Shown: positions 33,394-44,489 of the stretch, in pieces
How positions within the stretch are numbered: position 1 is the stretch's first letter
Layout of the letters: each line of letters opens with the position of its first letter
Assembly (NCBI GenBank): GCA_023334545.1
Contig: JAADVB010000059.1
Coordinates: forward strand, 19,524-83,523
Source: Salisapilia sapeloensis CBS 127946
Lineage: Eukaryota; Protista; Oomycota
Direction of reading: 5' to 3'
DNA length: 64,000 nt
Position numbers and translations under genes: made by a program
The notes under the pieces: generated by a model
The model's database searches: none
Told to the model about the DNA's origin: nothing
The model's input: the letters and a program-made list of their open reading frames with translations, nothing else

Positions 33394-35517
33394 ATGGCAC
33401 AGCGGACCATGGCAGCTTCTTCCGCTTCACAGGTACCTTTATGTCTCTTTCAATCGTCTGGGTAGATAGCTGATAGTAATGGTATGGATAGAATTCACTG
33501 GCGAGGATACAAGAGGAGAATCAGCGTCTACGAAAGGAATTGGGCGATGTGCAAATGCACAAGTCTTTGATTGAAGACAGTTTACGCAAGAAGGAAAATG
33601 AGATTTTCGATATGCATCTTTCTGTATGTACGCTCGAGTACGAATTGAATTCGCGGCAGCCTGCAGAAGGTCCTAAAGTTGAAACACTGCAAAGTCAGCT
33701 CAACTTTGCTACCAACCAACTGACGGAAGCCAAGCGAGATAATCGATTGTTAAAGGCACAGGTGCAAAAGGAAAAAGCTTTGAGATCGGAGAGTAATAGG
33801 CAGAAGGCACAGGAAAAGTTGCGGTCGAGAAAGCGAAAAGCGACTTCCAGTGCAGACATAAGCTCAACCCAAGCACCATCTCAAGCATCGTCCGAAATAC
33901 CGACACTAGGAACGCAACGTCCTCCTCAGTCACAGCTTCACTCTACAGCTACTGCGTCACAGGAAAAAGAACAAGACAGTCACTTTGATGAGGTATTCTA
34001 CTATTACATCATTCATCAGTTTCCGTCTAACGGTAGGGTGACAGGAGAATGCTCGAGTGATTGCAAGTCTGCTAAGCAGTCCATCGCATGATCTGCTGAC
34101 CTTACTATGTGGTCAAGACGAAAACAAGAGTGCTGACCCCACACCGCTATCTTCCAACCGACAGGAGATGCTACTGCACTCGTTTGCCTCGACAGAAGCG
34201 TCCATGAGCTTTGCCAATTCATCCAGGTACGATACTCGACATGAAAGCACGCTCGGCACTAGTCGTGGCATGAATGATTCTTCCATCCAGGAGTCTGTAG
34301 AGCAGAACTCGTCCATGTTTCTATCTCAGAGCATACCACAGCACCCTTCCAACGTCCAGTCTTCTTTACAGAAACTACAAACTATATCTCCACCTGCGCG
34401 TTCTCGTTTCATGGACAAACAATCAAAGTCTCTCTTCTTCATTCTAGGCGACATGGCAGGAGGTGGTGTCAAAGCAACAGCTCTCTTGCCGATTTTGACA
34501 GCGTACTTGGAAGTGGAGAATGATGCCGACGCGGTTATAATCGCCACAGTGACACGTCTACTTTCCTCTTTAATCTCTGAATGTGAATGCGTTCGAAGTT
34601 TCTTGCTCCAGAAGGCTGGGTCATACGTCCATCGAGGCATTCATCGTCGACATCGGTCAGGGATCTTCACAAACCAACGCCACATCTCAGTCACATCAGC
34701 TCGTCAAGACATTCTTGTCCACAACGATGACATGAGCTTTATGGATGAAGCTATTGTGTCGAAAGACCGCGCACACTTGCGTGAACGACTTCACGCAGCT
34801 CTTGGGAGTGCTCTTCGTCGACACGTGAAGAGCTCACCTATCGTCGTAGAAAATATTCTGATGGTCATTCGGAATCTTGTGGAGCACAGTCCTACGTGGT
34901 ATGAACAGGCAGACTTGCATTGGATCCTTGGAGACCATCTACTTGAAACGGTACTTATGTGTGATCCAAAACTTGGACTCGGTATCCAAGTGGAAGCCAT
35001 TGGTCTTTTGCATGGGTTACTACGCTGTTCGTGGATGGTGTCGAAAGTCACTAGTACCTGCACACGCTCCGACTTGCTGCATGCCATTGTCAAGTTACTT
35101 GATCACACAGTTGCGTCTTTGGCTAATGGAGATTTCATGCTACTACGTCAGGCACAGAAGCAAGCTTTGAGCGTTTTGCATGCTTTCGTCAAAGCGGATG
35201 GAGAGCAAGGCGTGCGCTTTATCATCCAGCGGACGCCAGGACTCGTGAAGCGGGTCGTGAGATTCATTGAAAAGGAGACAAGGGAGATGGATGCTCTATC
35301 TGTGGGTGCGGACGGCGGGATGGCGTACCAACTAGTAGCTACTGCGGTAGAGTTATTAGTAGCAGTTGAACCCCATGTCGAGCTCGAAGCGACACTTCAC
35401 GATACTAAATTAATCACTGCCTTGCGGTCTCTCGCACATAAACTCCATCGAATGGAAGATGACGATAAGAAGCATTGGCAGTGGATGGGAAAAGAGTTGG
35501 AACGAGCGTTGCATTAA
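33394..35517 (+). CDS. Coiled-coil + ARM/HEAT-like helical protein (~670 aa), candidate ATRIP/Rad26/Ddc2 orthologue; exons 33394-33432, 33492-33992, 34045-35517
   Basis: Two phase-0 GT-AG introns join the ORFs in frame. N-terminal heptad coiled coil, S/T-Q-rich linker, helical C-terminal domain. The gene model is solid; the identity is an inference. Confidence 0.6.
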
Positions 35518-35726
35518 GAATGAAAGTTGCTTTGAAACGAGATGGTCGTCTATGCATTTGCAGTTTGGATCAGGTGACGCTACCACCTGTCGTTATTCCT
35601 GTTGTCACAACCAACGACGTGGGTGAGACCTGCAGGACGAGTTGTAGACGACATTTTTCCATACCCAGCACTGGCTCCACTTGTCTTTACGGCAAATTTT
35701 GGGCAAAGACGAAGAAATAAGAGAGG

Positions 35727-37660
35727 ATGGGACGAACGTGGAGGTTGGCGTTCTTCGCTAGCATGCTGCTTTTTGCTGCCATTAGAAATGCGAGTGGACA
35801 GTCAGGTAGGCGCATGTATCTTTATTGGGCGTTTTGGCATGGATGTGAACTCACCGAGTACATGATGCAGACTGCTTCGACCTACCCGTCTTGGTGTTCT
35901 CGAATTTGCCAGCGGAAAGCTCCGAGACAGCTTCTATCCAAGTGATGTATCAAAACAGTAGCGAACGGAATTGTTTTACCAGTAGCTTGTACATGACCGG
36001 ACCCTTGGCTACGATCTCTAAAAGTAAAGTCGAGTCCGAGGAACTGCTATTGCGTTTTAATTCCACTACTGCCCTCTTGGATCTACCACCAAGCACTTCG
36101 TTCGTTCTGGAGAACCTTGGCAACGTGGACGATAGTTTAATTCGAGAGTCATTCAGCCAACAACTTTTCCGTAAGGCTGGACACTTTGCTCCACAGAACC
36201 AGCATGTGCTGGTATTCACCTCCGACGGCAATGATCACCCGCAATACCACGGACTATTTCTAATCTCCCAGGGAATCTCCTTTGCGTCTGAAAACGCGTT
36301 GAACCTCGACGTCCTGGATAATACTTGTCAAGACGACGAATTGAGTGGCGGATGGGCTTGGCGATTTCCGTCATCTCCTTCCGATATTGGATATTCTGCC
36401 AACGTACTTCAGGACAAATATGAAGCCATGTTCGGTGGCAAGTCTCGCCCGATCATGCTGCACCCACCGCCTTCGATGTTGACCCAGACGATGCGAAACT
36501 ACTTTGTCGATGCACGCACAGGACCATTGCCTCAGCTCTATCGGTTCCTGTACGACAACATGACAAGTCCAGATGATATTGACCGTCACCTCGATCTGCT
36601 TTCCTTTGCAGACTTTTTCCTCCTCTCTGAGCTTGCCAATAATCCATCTTCATATCAATCAGGTAGCTACTTTTATAAAAATCGAGGAACACCGATTCAA
36701 ATCGGATCGCACCATCATTGGGGACGCTTTTATCCAAAGCAGAACGTCAAAGACCAAAGTTGGCAATACCAGCAATCGATCTTTTGGAAACGATTGACTT
36801 GTAACTACCGATTCGCCGCCTTTGTGCAGCAACGGTGGGCTGAGTTGAGGCAGGACAAGTGGAGTGATCAAGAATTAAGTCAGGACATTACTCGCATGAC
36901 TCGAGTACTTCGTCAAGGCTTAAACCATACTGGTATTCATTCAAATGATTCGAATATCGAGGCAGAAATCTTGCTTCACAGATCCAATTTGGACGAGGGT
37001 ATCGATGAACTTCTACAAGCAGTAGCTAGTAGAGTAGCGTGGATCGACAGTCATATTGCTAAACTCTTTCGGTCACTCAACAGCGACACGTGTGGTTCAG
37101 CTGGAGCACTACCGCGCTTCAACTGTGCGCACAAAAGCGATGATGATGGATGTCTGTATAATCCAAAAGCATATGCCTTGTCAGTGCGACCTGCTACCTT
37201 GCATACTGCTTCATTCCAGTCAACATGCTCTAGCCATGCTGAAAAGGGTGCGCTAGAAGCTGCTTCGATCGACTCGTGCTGGATGCCAATCGCTGATTAT
37301 CTCCAGAACAGCGCATTGACTCCATTCTGTTCCGGCCATGGATCTTGTCCACCAGGTCCGAATGCCATCTGCGTCTGCTCCAATAAAAGCTCACTAGCCG
37401 ACTGTAGTGCAGTAGACAGCTATGATGATGCGAATGAAACTCATCCAACTGCTGAGCACGAGTCCATGCAACCAGTGAAGGAAGACATGGCACCAGACTG
37501 GTCGTTTTTCCTCATCATAGCAGGAGCATTTGGCGTGTCTGTACTCATTTCCCAGCAACGTCGACAACGTATCGAGGAACGGAATCGCGTGGAAATGGAT
37601 CGACAAAATCGCAGACGTGATCGACGTCGAGCACGGGCTGCTCAATACGGGACCATGTAG
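35727..37660 (+). CDS. CotH-like kinase-fold protein with signal peptide, EGF-like module and C-terminal TM helix (type I membrane protein); one intron near 35806-35870
   Basis: Signal MGRTWRLAFFASMLLFAAIRNASG; LPVLVF; DLLSFADFFLLSELANN, SYFYK, FWKRL...FAAFVQQRWAELR; EGF-like FCSGHGSC...CVC...DCS; TM WSFFLIIAGAFGVSVLI followed by an Arg-rich tail. Confidence 0.75.
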
Positions 37661-37732
37661 CTTCCTTCTTGTATACAACGAAATCCAATGCACAAACTTT
37701 TTTACATGATACTATTGTTCATGCGTTTTTAT

Positions 37733-39075
37733 CTACACGAGTACGACTTCCATCTTCCGTTCACTCTCGGTTTCATCCAGCGAGCCACTACTCCTCCGTC
37801 GCATCGGGTGTCTATCAAAAGGATCTTCTTCCGACTCGAAAATCGTGTCTTCATCTTCACTATGCTTGGCAACAGGAGCATACTTTACATCCTTTTGGAT
37901 CGTATCCAGGTCACCCTCACCAACCTTGTCATCCCCACTGTGATAGTTTTTAATGACAGAGTACGTGATCATCCCCGTGGTTGCGACGATGAGTCCAGCA
38001 ATATTAATCGGGAGCAAGATATCGTTAAAGACGAGGACGGCCAAGAGTACTTGAGTGACATCTTTGAAACTACCAGCGATACCGAGCGATAGAGCAGACG
38101 TCTTTTTGACAAGTGCAATCTCCACGAAGATCAGACCAAAGGCGAGTGTACCACTGAATACAATGGAAGCGATACACACGGCGAATAATTCTCCATCATG
38201 GAGAAATTTGGATCCGATCAGACTAGGGCCGTCTAGAACAGCAGCTATTGGCACGAGGCCTAGTGCACTCGCTGGAGCAATGTAATAGACGACCGCAAGG
38301 ATCCGGTAGGAAGTCGATAAGGAGTCATTCTTGGGCAGTTGTTGGAGTAGAGATTGAGTGAGTACCCACCGCAAGGAGCCTAGCATCGCTGCAATCAGTA
38401 CCATCGAAAACCCTTTTAAACTAAACTGTGTCGATCCGTAGCTAGTTAATGCGATTCCAACGGAAATCAATACGACAACCGACGTGAGTCTCCAGGATGG
38501 ATCTTGATGGCCAAGTGTAAAGGAGAAAAGCAAGTTCCTATTCGATCTTTAATATGAGTTCATGATATGTTTATGGAGAGTATGTACCAGACATTGGTGC
38601 TGGATTTCGTGATGGTGTAGAGAGTCACCGTGATGAATAGAAACGAGAGGTTTGAAAGCATGATATCAAGAGCAGTGCTCAGTCCAATTGGTACAGCTAA
38701 TCTCCAGTAAGTCTTTGTCGGAAGAGGATCGATCGGTGATGACCACCATGCTAGTCGAGATAAGATCCATTTGAGCATCATGTGCAAGCAAGTGACTGTC
38801 GTGGCATATGGAAACCCTCCACCGGCCCACACACCAAAGAACCATTTGTTAAACAGTGTCATACTGATACTGATGCTGTACCAAAGCACGATCAGGTGTG
38901 CGACATCAAGGGCTAGCTGCAGCTTCGCGTGGCTCTGTTTATCCACGACTCGTGATGCAACTTTCAGTGCAAACGATAGTGTCAAGAAGGAGCAGCCCAT
39001 GATGACGAGCGCTTCTGTTTTGTCCGTAGGTGCATGGAGCTCATCCTCGGCGCTCGATGCGTCGAGCATGCCCAT
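37733..39075 (-). CDS. Nucleotide-sugar/triose-phosphate transporter family protein (SLC35C2-like); two exons
   Basis: WYSISISMTLFNKW, FPYATTVTCLHM, LDIMLSNLSFLFITVTLYTITKSS, LRWVLTQ and TSALSLGIAGSFKDV; about 10 TM helices. Confidence 0.88.
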
Positions 39076-39676
39076 ATCACTCGGGCGTTCAATAGTTGCA
39101 GTTGTGTTTTAGCAACAGATTCGTTGCAATCTAGGAATTCATCGCCTGTCCATCCTGAAAGGTCGTTAGCTCGTGACGCTGATTGCGTGGTACGGAGTTC
39201 ATGAGCGAGGACTAGGAGTATCCGATCTGGAATGCATAGTCTCTACTTGAACTTGACGCAGCTGATGATCATAAGCTCAAGATACATTCGCGTGCCTTTA
39301 CGTACGTATCCATTCTCGAACTTGTTCGTCCTCTACCTTCAACATGAAAGGGTCTGCTCAGCAGAAGGCGGACTCACGTACCTCTGGAAAATGCATGTCG
39401 ACGGATTATTTCTGGCGATACGTGCGCGAATGTGTGTCGTATTCGCTCGCAGTGTTCCAAGAATAAATAACTGATAAAATCAAGTGGCCAGTGCCTTAAA
39501 TTCTTGTGCGAGTTGAAAGTTGTCGCAACGTCTTGCCTCTGGTCGTAGCCATTTTCGCTTTCTGGGTTCTTTACGTCAGCCTCCAGTACCAACTCGGATC
39601 GTTTCGTTGTTGGGTTAGCACCTCTGGATTTCCTTTACTACCATAATCAAATTTGCCGATAAGAGCTTGCACGAAA

Positions 39677-40606
39677 ATGCCTGCAGCCTACCCAACACCA
39701 GCAGGATCACGACGATATGGCCGTATACCTGCTCGAAACGACATTATCCATCGAACCAAATGCGTACCCGTCGGCGATATGCTAAAAACGTCTTCTGATA
39801 ATCTACTCCCACTCGAGCTTCGTATCCTTTCACCGACAATGATAAATGGTCGAGCAGTCTACACATGCCAAGTCACAAGTCGACAGACCGGGCAAGAGTT
39901 TCAAGTACATCACCACTACTCCGATTTTCGAAATTTTGCGCTCCAAATCCAAGAAGACTGGACTTGCCATGAATTCATGAGATGCAATGGAGCTTGTGAA
40001 GCGATCCAAGACTTTCTCCGACTCGAGTTTCCATCCCGACTATGGGTTCTTTCCAATACACGTGGGATGCTCCGAAGACGCCGTCAGTCATTAGAGCAAG
40101 TTTTTACAAATTTACTTCGCATCGTCCTGCGATTTGGAAACACAATGATGTGTCTTCATGCTCGTCAACACCTGCCGACCAACCTCTTTGATTTCCTGGG
40201 CGTCACAGAAAGCCAATGCCAGCGATCACTAGTAGAGACTTACATCGATGGCATTCAACCAAAGATTAGAGCAAGCTCTATTTCAAATGCATCCACCGTA
40301 TCTGCCACGATCGACTTACCAACCTCGAACCAAACGAATATGGACTGCCACAACGACACTTGTGTCGTCTGCTACGACAATCTAGAAGACGAAAACGACG
40401 TCGTCACGACCTTGAAGTGCGGTCATGCTTTCCATCGTAGCTGTGTTTTCGAATGGCTTAAGCTCAATCTCCACTGTCCAATCTGCCGAGTCCCTGTTGT
40501 GCATTCTCTCGTCGCCGTATGCTGCCGTCCTCGAGGCCGGATTATCTGGTGGCTGGATGACTATGAAAAGAGCTTGCTAGACTTTGAATTAAAACAAGTA
40601 AACTAG
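39677..40606 (+). CDS. PX domain + C-terminal RING-H2 E3 ligase
   Basis: PX features VYTCQV...YSDFRNF...FPSR...RRRQSLE...LFDFLG; RING-H2 CVVC...LKCGHAFHRSCVFEWL...CPICR. Confidence 0.8.
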   Translation: MPAAYPTPAGSRRYGRIPARNDIIHRTKCVPVGDMLKTSSDNLLPLELRILSPTMINGRAVYTCQVTSRQTGQEFQVHHHYSDFRNFALQIQEDWTCHEFMRCNGACEAIQDFLRLEFPSRLWVLSNTRGMLRRRRQSLEQVFTNLLRIVLRFGNTMMCLHARQHLPTNLFDFLGVTESQCQRSLVETYIDGIQPKIRASSISNASTVSATIDLPTSNQTNMDCHNDTCVVCYDNLEDENDVVTTLKCGHAFHRSCVFEWLKLNLHCPICRVPVVHSLVAVCCRPRGRIIWWLDDYEKSLLDFELKQVN

Positions 40607-40637
40607 TTCATTATTCGCAACGAGTACTTGCATTGGA

Positions 40638-41944
40638 CTAATTCGTTTCGTCCTTATGATTCTTCAAAATGACTTCAATTTTATCTGCGAGCTCCACTGC
40701 TGACGGTCGCTGCGCCGGATTATGCTGCCACGCATCTCTCACGACATCCTGCATCTCCTTTGGAAAGCTTTCCATCTCATCCACAGGAGGTCGCATTCCC
40801 TTTTGCACAGCTTCATACACGTCAGTTCGTGCCATGTCTTCAAACGGTTTATTACGCGATCCGATGGACCAGATCACGACGGCGACACTGTATACATCGA
40901 GTTTCTCATCCAGAGGCTGGAATGCAAACTCTTCTGGAGACCTCCACTTGCCTTTTGCCACCGGTGTGATCGGATGACACTTTGGGCCAGTGTACAACCC
41001 GTCTGGACTACGTCGAGGACCCGCATATTTGAGTCTGTTAAAGTCGTTTAGCAGCAAACGCCCGTTGGCATCCACGAGAAACTGTCTTGGCTGGAGATCT
41101 GTGTGGGTGAACGGACCTCCTTTGGCTGCATGTAGCTGTGCAACACCCTTTGCAGCGTCCAAGGCAAGTTCCAAGGATCTTCGAGGTGAAATTTCTACCT
41201 GGCTTTCAAATAAGAGGTCGTCTAAATTAGTCGGAACGTAGTCGACGACGACTGTGGTATTGCACCACCCAACGAGTGACACGATGTTTGGTGCGTCTCG
41301 AATGCTAAAGGTGGCTGCAGCCTCTTGAACGTGTCTTGGAAGGATGTCCGTACGATTAAGCAAGTGGTCCTTGACTTTCTTAATAGCAATCTCTCTCCCT
41401 ATTTTAATATACTTGAGTACCACTTCGTACATAATTTGGATAGAGGATCGTACCTTGCCACTTCGAGTGATAAACTTCTCGCCAAAAGCCTTCTCCAAGA
41501 TATTCGCCTAAAGCGAGTTCATCGATGTTATCACAATTGATATCCAACTCTTCTGGCTTGAACATGCTAACGACATTCGCAAAATCGCATCCTTTCTATC
41601 CTCCACTACGTTATGCTGCATTGAGTAATCATAAAAGCAGTAAATCGTACCTGTTTCTTATACGTCTCCGGTTTTAAGAACCACGGAAGCTCGCTAGTTT
41701 TCTTCATAACCTTCTCGGGCTTCTTTCGTAGTTTGGGTGATTCCTGAGGCTGGATGAAAGCTGGGTTCGATGCAGTGGCATGCCCATCACCGGACTTGAG
41801 CAGCGATAGAAGACCTTCATCCCGGTGTTGCACGATCACCGTGAGCATAGACAGGTTCCAACCCAGTAGCAGCAAGATTGCAGCTGCAGCGCATTTCCCA
41901 AGTACGTTCAGTCGAGTATCGTACTCCCGTCCTCGCCGCGACAT
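40638..41944 (-). CDS. Type-II membrane PKDCC(VLK)/POMK-like secretory-pathway kinase (~400 aa); exons 41944-41651, 41595-41454, 41398-40638
   Basis: Signal anchor CAAAAILLLLGWNLSMLTVIV; spliced INCDNIDEL...YLGEGFWREVYHSKWQG|REIAIKK; LVGWC; HTDLQPRQFL; NDFN; WRSPEE; DVYS. Confidence 0.78.
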
Positions 41945-42066
41945 CCTGCTCCTTCGACCTCCACGTGATATGGCTTCACAATCCCTTATCCAATCGCCGG
42001 GAATTAAAAGTCGATTTTCTACCAATCCTCATCCGGAAGAGCAAGAAAAGCGAAAGATTGATCGTC

Positions 42067-44190
42067 ATGCTATCACTGCCGCCTTACGACTTACGCATTC
42101 GCCATCATTCGAACCAAGCGACGCCTTCTTTATCTCAACTTGTTGCTGAAAGAGAGTATCGAGGAAATGGCGAGCAAATAGGTCGACGTATGCACGGTCA
42201 CGGTGCAATGATTCGTCGCCTGCGATGCGAAGCGGTCTTGGACGGCCATGCTGGATGTGTCAACCATCTTTGTTGGAATCAAAACGGTACGCTCTTAGCG
42301 TCAGGCTCTGACGACCAAAAGCTAGTTGTCTGGGACTACGCCACCTGTAAACAACGTGATACGATCAACACAGGTCATCATCTCAACATCTTCGCGACGT
42401 GCTTTGTGCCTGGATCAGACGACCATGTCATTGCGTCGGGTGCAATGGACAACGAAGTTCGCATCCACTACGCTCCTTTCCGAGACGACAGTACGCGAGT
42501 GTTCAACGCACATTATGGTCGCGTGAAAGACATCGGGAGTCATCCAGCTCTTCCAAACATCTTTTACAGCGTCGGTGAAGACGCGCAAGTGTGTCAATTC
42601 GACCTCCGATCACTACCGACTGGACGTAATGCTACAGATAGTTCTGGTATGGTGATCAATTTAGGCAAAAGCAGACAAGGTCGAAGTGTGCGTGGAATGG
42701 CCATGGACATGCATCCACTCGATCCGACAAAGATAGCCGTTGCGTGTGGAGACTTTTACACACGCTTGTACGACCGCCGGATGCTTCGTATCTCCAATTA
42801 TACATCCGATATGAGTCGATTACGAAGATCGAGTGCTTCTCAAGAAGAGCTGAGTGAAGCAACACAACCTGTAGAGGTGTTTGCTCCTCCTCATCTACAT
42901 TACGACATGTATAATGACGAGACCATCAAACGTGATCATGACCGATGTCATGGCACAAGTATCTCGTTTAATAAAGACGGGACGGAACTGCTCGCAAACT
43001 ACCATAGTGACCACATCTACTTGTATCGCGTGAATGGCGGTCCAAAGCTCGAAGACCAAGACTTTACGACGAACCATCGAGGGTTGGTTCCATTCTGGAA
43101 GTATGGCAAACGCATGGATGAGAACAGTCTGTACGCACATCTATCCTCGCAAGAGGTACAGACTTGCTATCAACGTGGGATGGAAGCTTTTGAAAGTACC
43201 CGCATCTCCGATGCGATTGCTTATTTCAATAAAGCATGCAGTGCTAAAGTCTTTGGCGATATGGACGTGTCTTTCCAACGAGATGTCTATCATCAATGTG
43301 CCAAAGCTTACTTACAACGCGCTTGGAATGCAGATGTATACCTCGCTTGTGTCTATTGCAAACGTGCTTTGGTCATTAGTAGATACGACCGACTCGTGTA
43401 TTTGACGTACATCGAGGCGTTGAATAAAGATAAACGCACGACGCAGAGCATTCGTTGTGCTAGGGCTTATGCCGAAGGGTTTCCAGAACATGCAGACGAT
43501 GTAGAAGAGTACATTCAATCGAGTGATCCGGAGCCACGACAGCAGACGGCAGAGGATGAGGAGGACAATGACGATGACGATGACGATGAGCAAGAGGAAG
43601 AGGAAGAGGAAGAGGAAGAGGAAGAGGAAGAAGAGAATATTCATGATGAAGACTCGTCCGATGGAGAGTATGAGATGGCGGAAGATGTGGTCTTGCCGGA
43701 GAGAGACGATGGATTCTACGATGGACATCAAATGGGAGAAGACTTGTTACCGAATACGAACGTCTTGAAGCGGTATATGGGCTATTGCAACGTCCAGACA
43801 GATATCAAGGAAGCAAACTTCTTTGGTCGAAACGACGAGTTTATCGTCGCTGGAAGTGATGACGGACGTGCGATCATCTGGGATAAGAAGACTGGACAAG
43901 TGATCTCGGCGTTGCATGCAGACGAAGATATCGTGAATTGTGTCCGGCCTCATCCAACTGATGCGTGTTTGGCGACGAGTGGTATTGAAAACGTTGTACG
44001 ACTATGGAAACCGACAGCTGGTGAGGATATGACTCCAAGTAGAGACGAACTGGACGAGATGGTGGAGCGGAATCAATCACAGATGGGTGATGAGCTCGGA
44101 GGCTACTTCGGTAGCATCAATCCGAATCTCGTGCGTCTTATATTTGAAGGCGGAGAAGGTGAAGAGCGAGTACAATGTCCGACGCAATGA
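42067..44190 (+). CDS. WD40 + TPR DCAF-type protein (WDTC1/DCAF6/DCAF8-like CUL4-DDB1 adaptor)
   Basis: GHAGCVNHLCWNQNGTLLASGSDD, TGHHLNIF, YDRRML, TPR-like helices, CNVQTDIKEANFFG, IVAGSDDG and VNCVRPHP...LATSGIE. Confidence 0.85.
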   Translation: MLSLPPYDLRIRHHSNQATPSLSQLVAEREYRGNGEQIGRRMHGHGAMIRRLRCEAVLDGHAGCVNHLCWNQNGTLLASGSDDQKLVVWDYATCKQRDTINTGHHLNIFATCFVPGSDDHVIASGAMDNEVRIHYAPFRDDSTRVFNAHYGRVKDIGSHPALPNIFYSVGEDAQVCQFDLRSLPTGRNATDSSGMVINLGKSRQGRSVRGMAMDMHPLDPTKIAVACGDFYTRLYDRRMLRISNYTSDMSRLRRSSASQEELSEATQPVEVFAPPHLHYDMYNDETIKRDHDRCHGTSISFNKDGTELLANYHSDHIYLYRVNGGPKLEDQDFTTNHRGLVPFWKYGKRMDENSLYAHLSSQEVQTCYQRGMEAFESTRISDAIAYFNKACSAKVFGDMDVSFQRDVYHQCAKAYLQRAWNADVYLACVYCKRALVISRYDRLVYLTYIEALNKDKRTTQSIRCARAYAEGFPEHADDVEEYIQSSDPEPRQQTAEDEEDNDDDDDDEQEEEEEEEEEEEEEENIHDEDSSDGEYEMAEDVVLPERDDGFYDGHQMGEDLLPNTNVLKRYMGYCNVQTDIKEANFFGRNDEFIVAGSDDGRAIIWDKKTGQVISALHADEDIVNCVRPHPTDACLATSGIENVVRLWKPTAGEDMTPSRDELDEMVERNQSQMGDELGGYFGSINPNLVRLIFEGGEGEERVQCPTQ
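43567..43635 (+). repeat. Coding hexanucleotide microsatellites (GATGAC)n and (GAAGAG)n encoding a poly-Asp/poly-Glu tract
   Basis: Directly visible tandem repeats inside the WD40 ORF. Confidence 0.9.
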
Positions 44191-44489
44191 AATGTTTTTA
44201 TATGAAACTAAGTATACTTCTTCAACATAACTTCAGCATACTATTATGTACATAAAACCTACTAATTAGCGCAAAACGCTATTAATTCATACTAAATTTG
44301 AATGGCTGCGCGTCGAGGCCGCTCGCGCCATTCGAGTTCATTTTCGAATTGACCAGCAAGGTAGCTAGTGCCTCACTTGTATGCGATGAAGACATCTATT
44401 AGAAATATTGTCAGATTAGAGTTGCTGAACAGGGGTAGTAGCCTGGTTGTCGAAAACTCTAATTCGGAGCATACTATACGTTTGTAGGA

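Noticed and set aside
39076-39676. ORF 39374-39592 and intron-like GT..CTAAC..AG segments upstream of the SLC35 gene
   Set aside because: No spliced frame joins the transporter ORF (in-frame stop ~30 nt upstream of its ATG) and no motif is recognisable; may be 5' UTR introns, but cannot be supported.
44356-44374. AAGGTAGCTAGTGCCTC, resembling the LSU rRNA segment AAGGUAGCCAAAUGCCUC
   Set aside because: Short, gapped and in sense orientation, with no flanking rRNA similarity; not an rRNA fragment I can support.
44415-44476. Possible H/ACA snoRNA (hairpin followed by ATACTA)
   Set aside because: The pocket-to-box distance is ~25 nt rather than 14-16, and there is no second hairpin with an ACA box; kept only as an unassigned structure.
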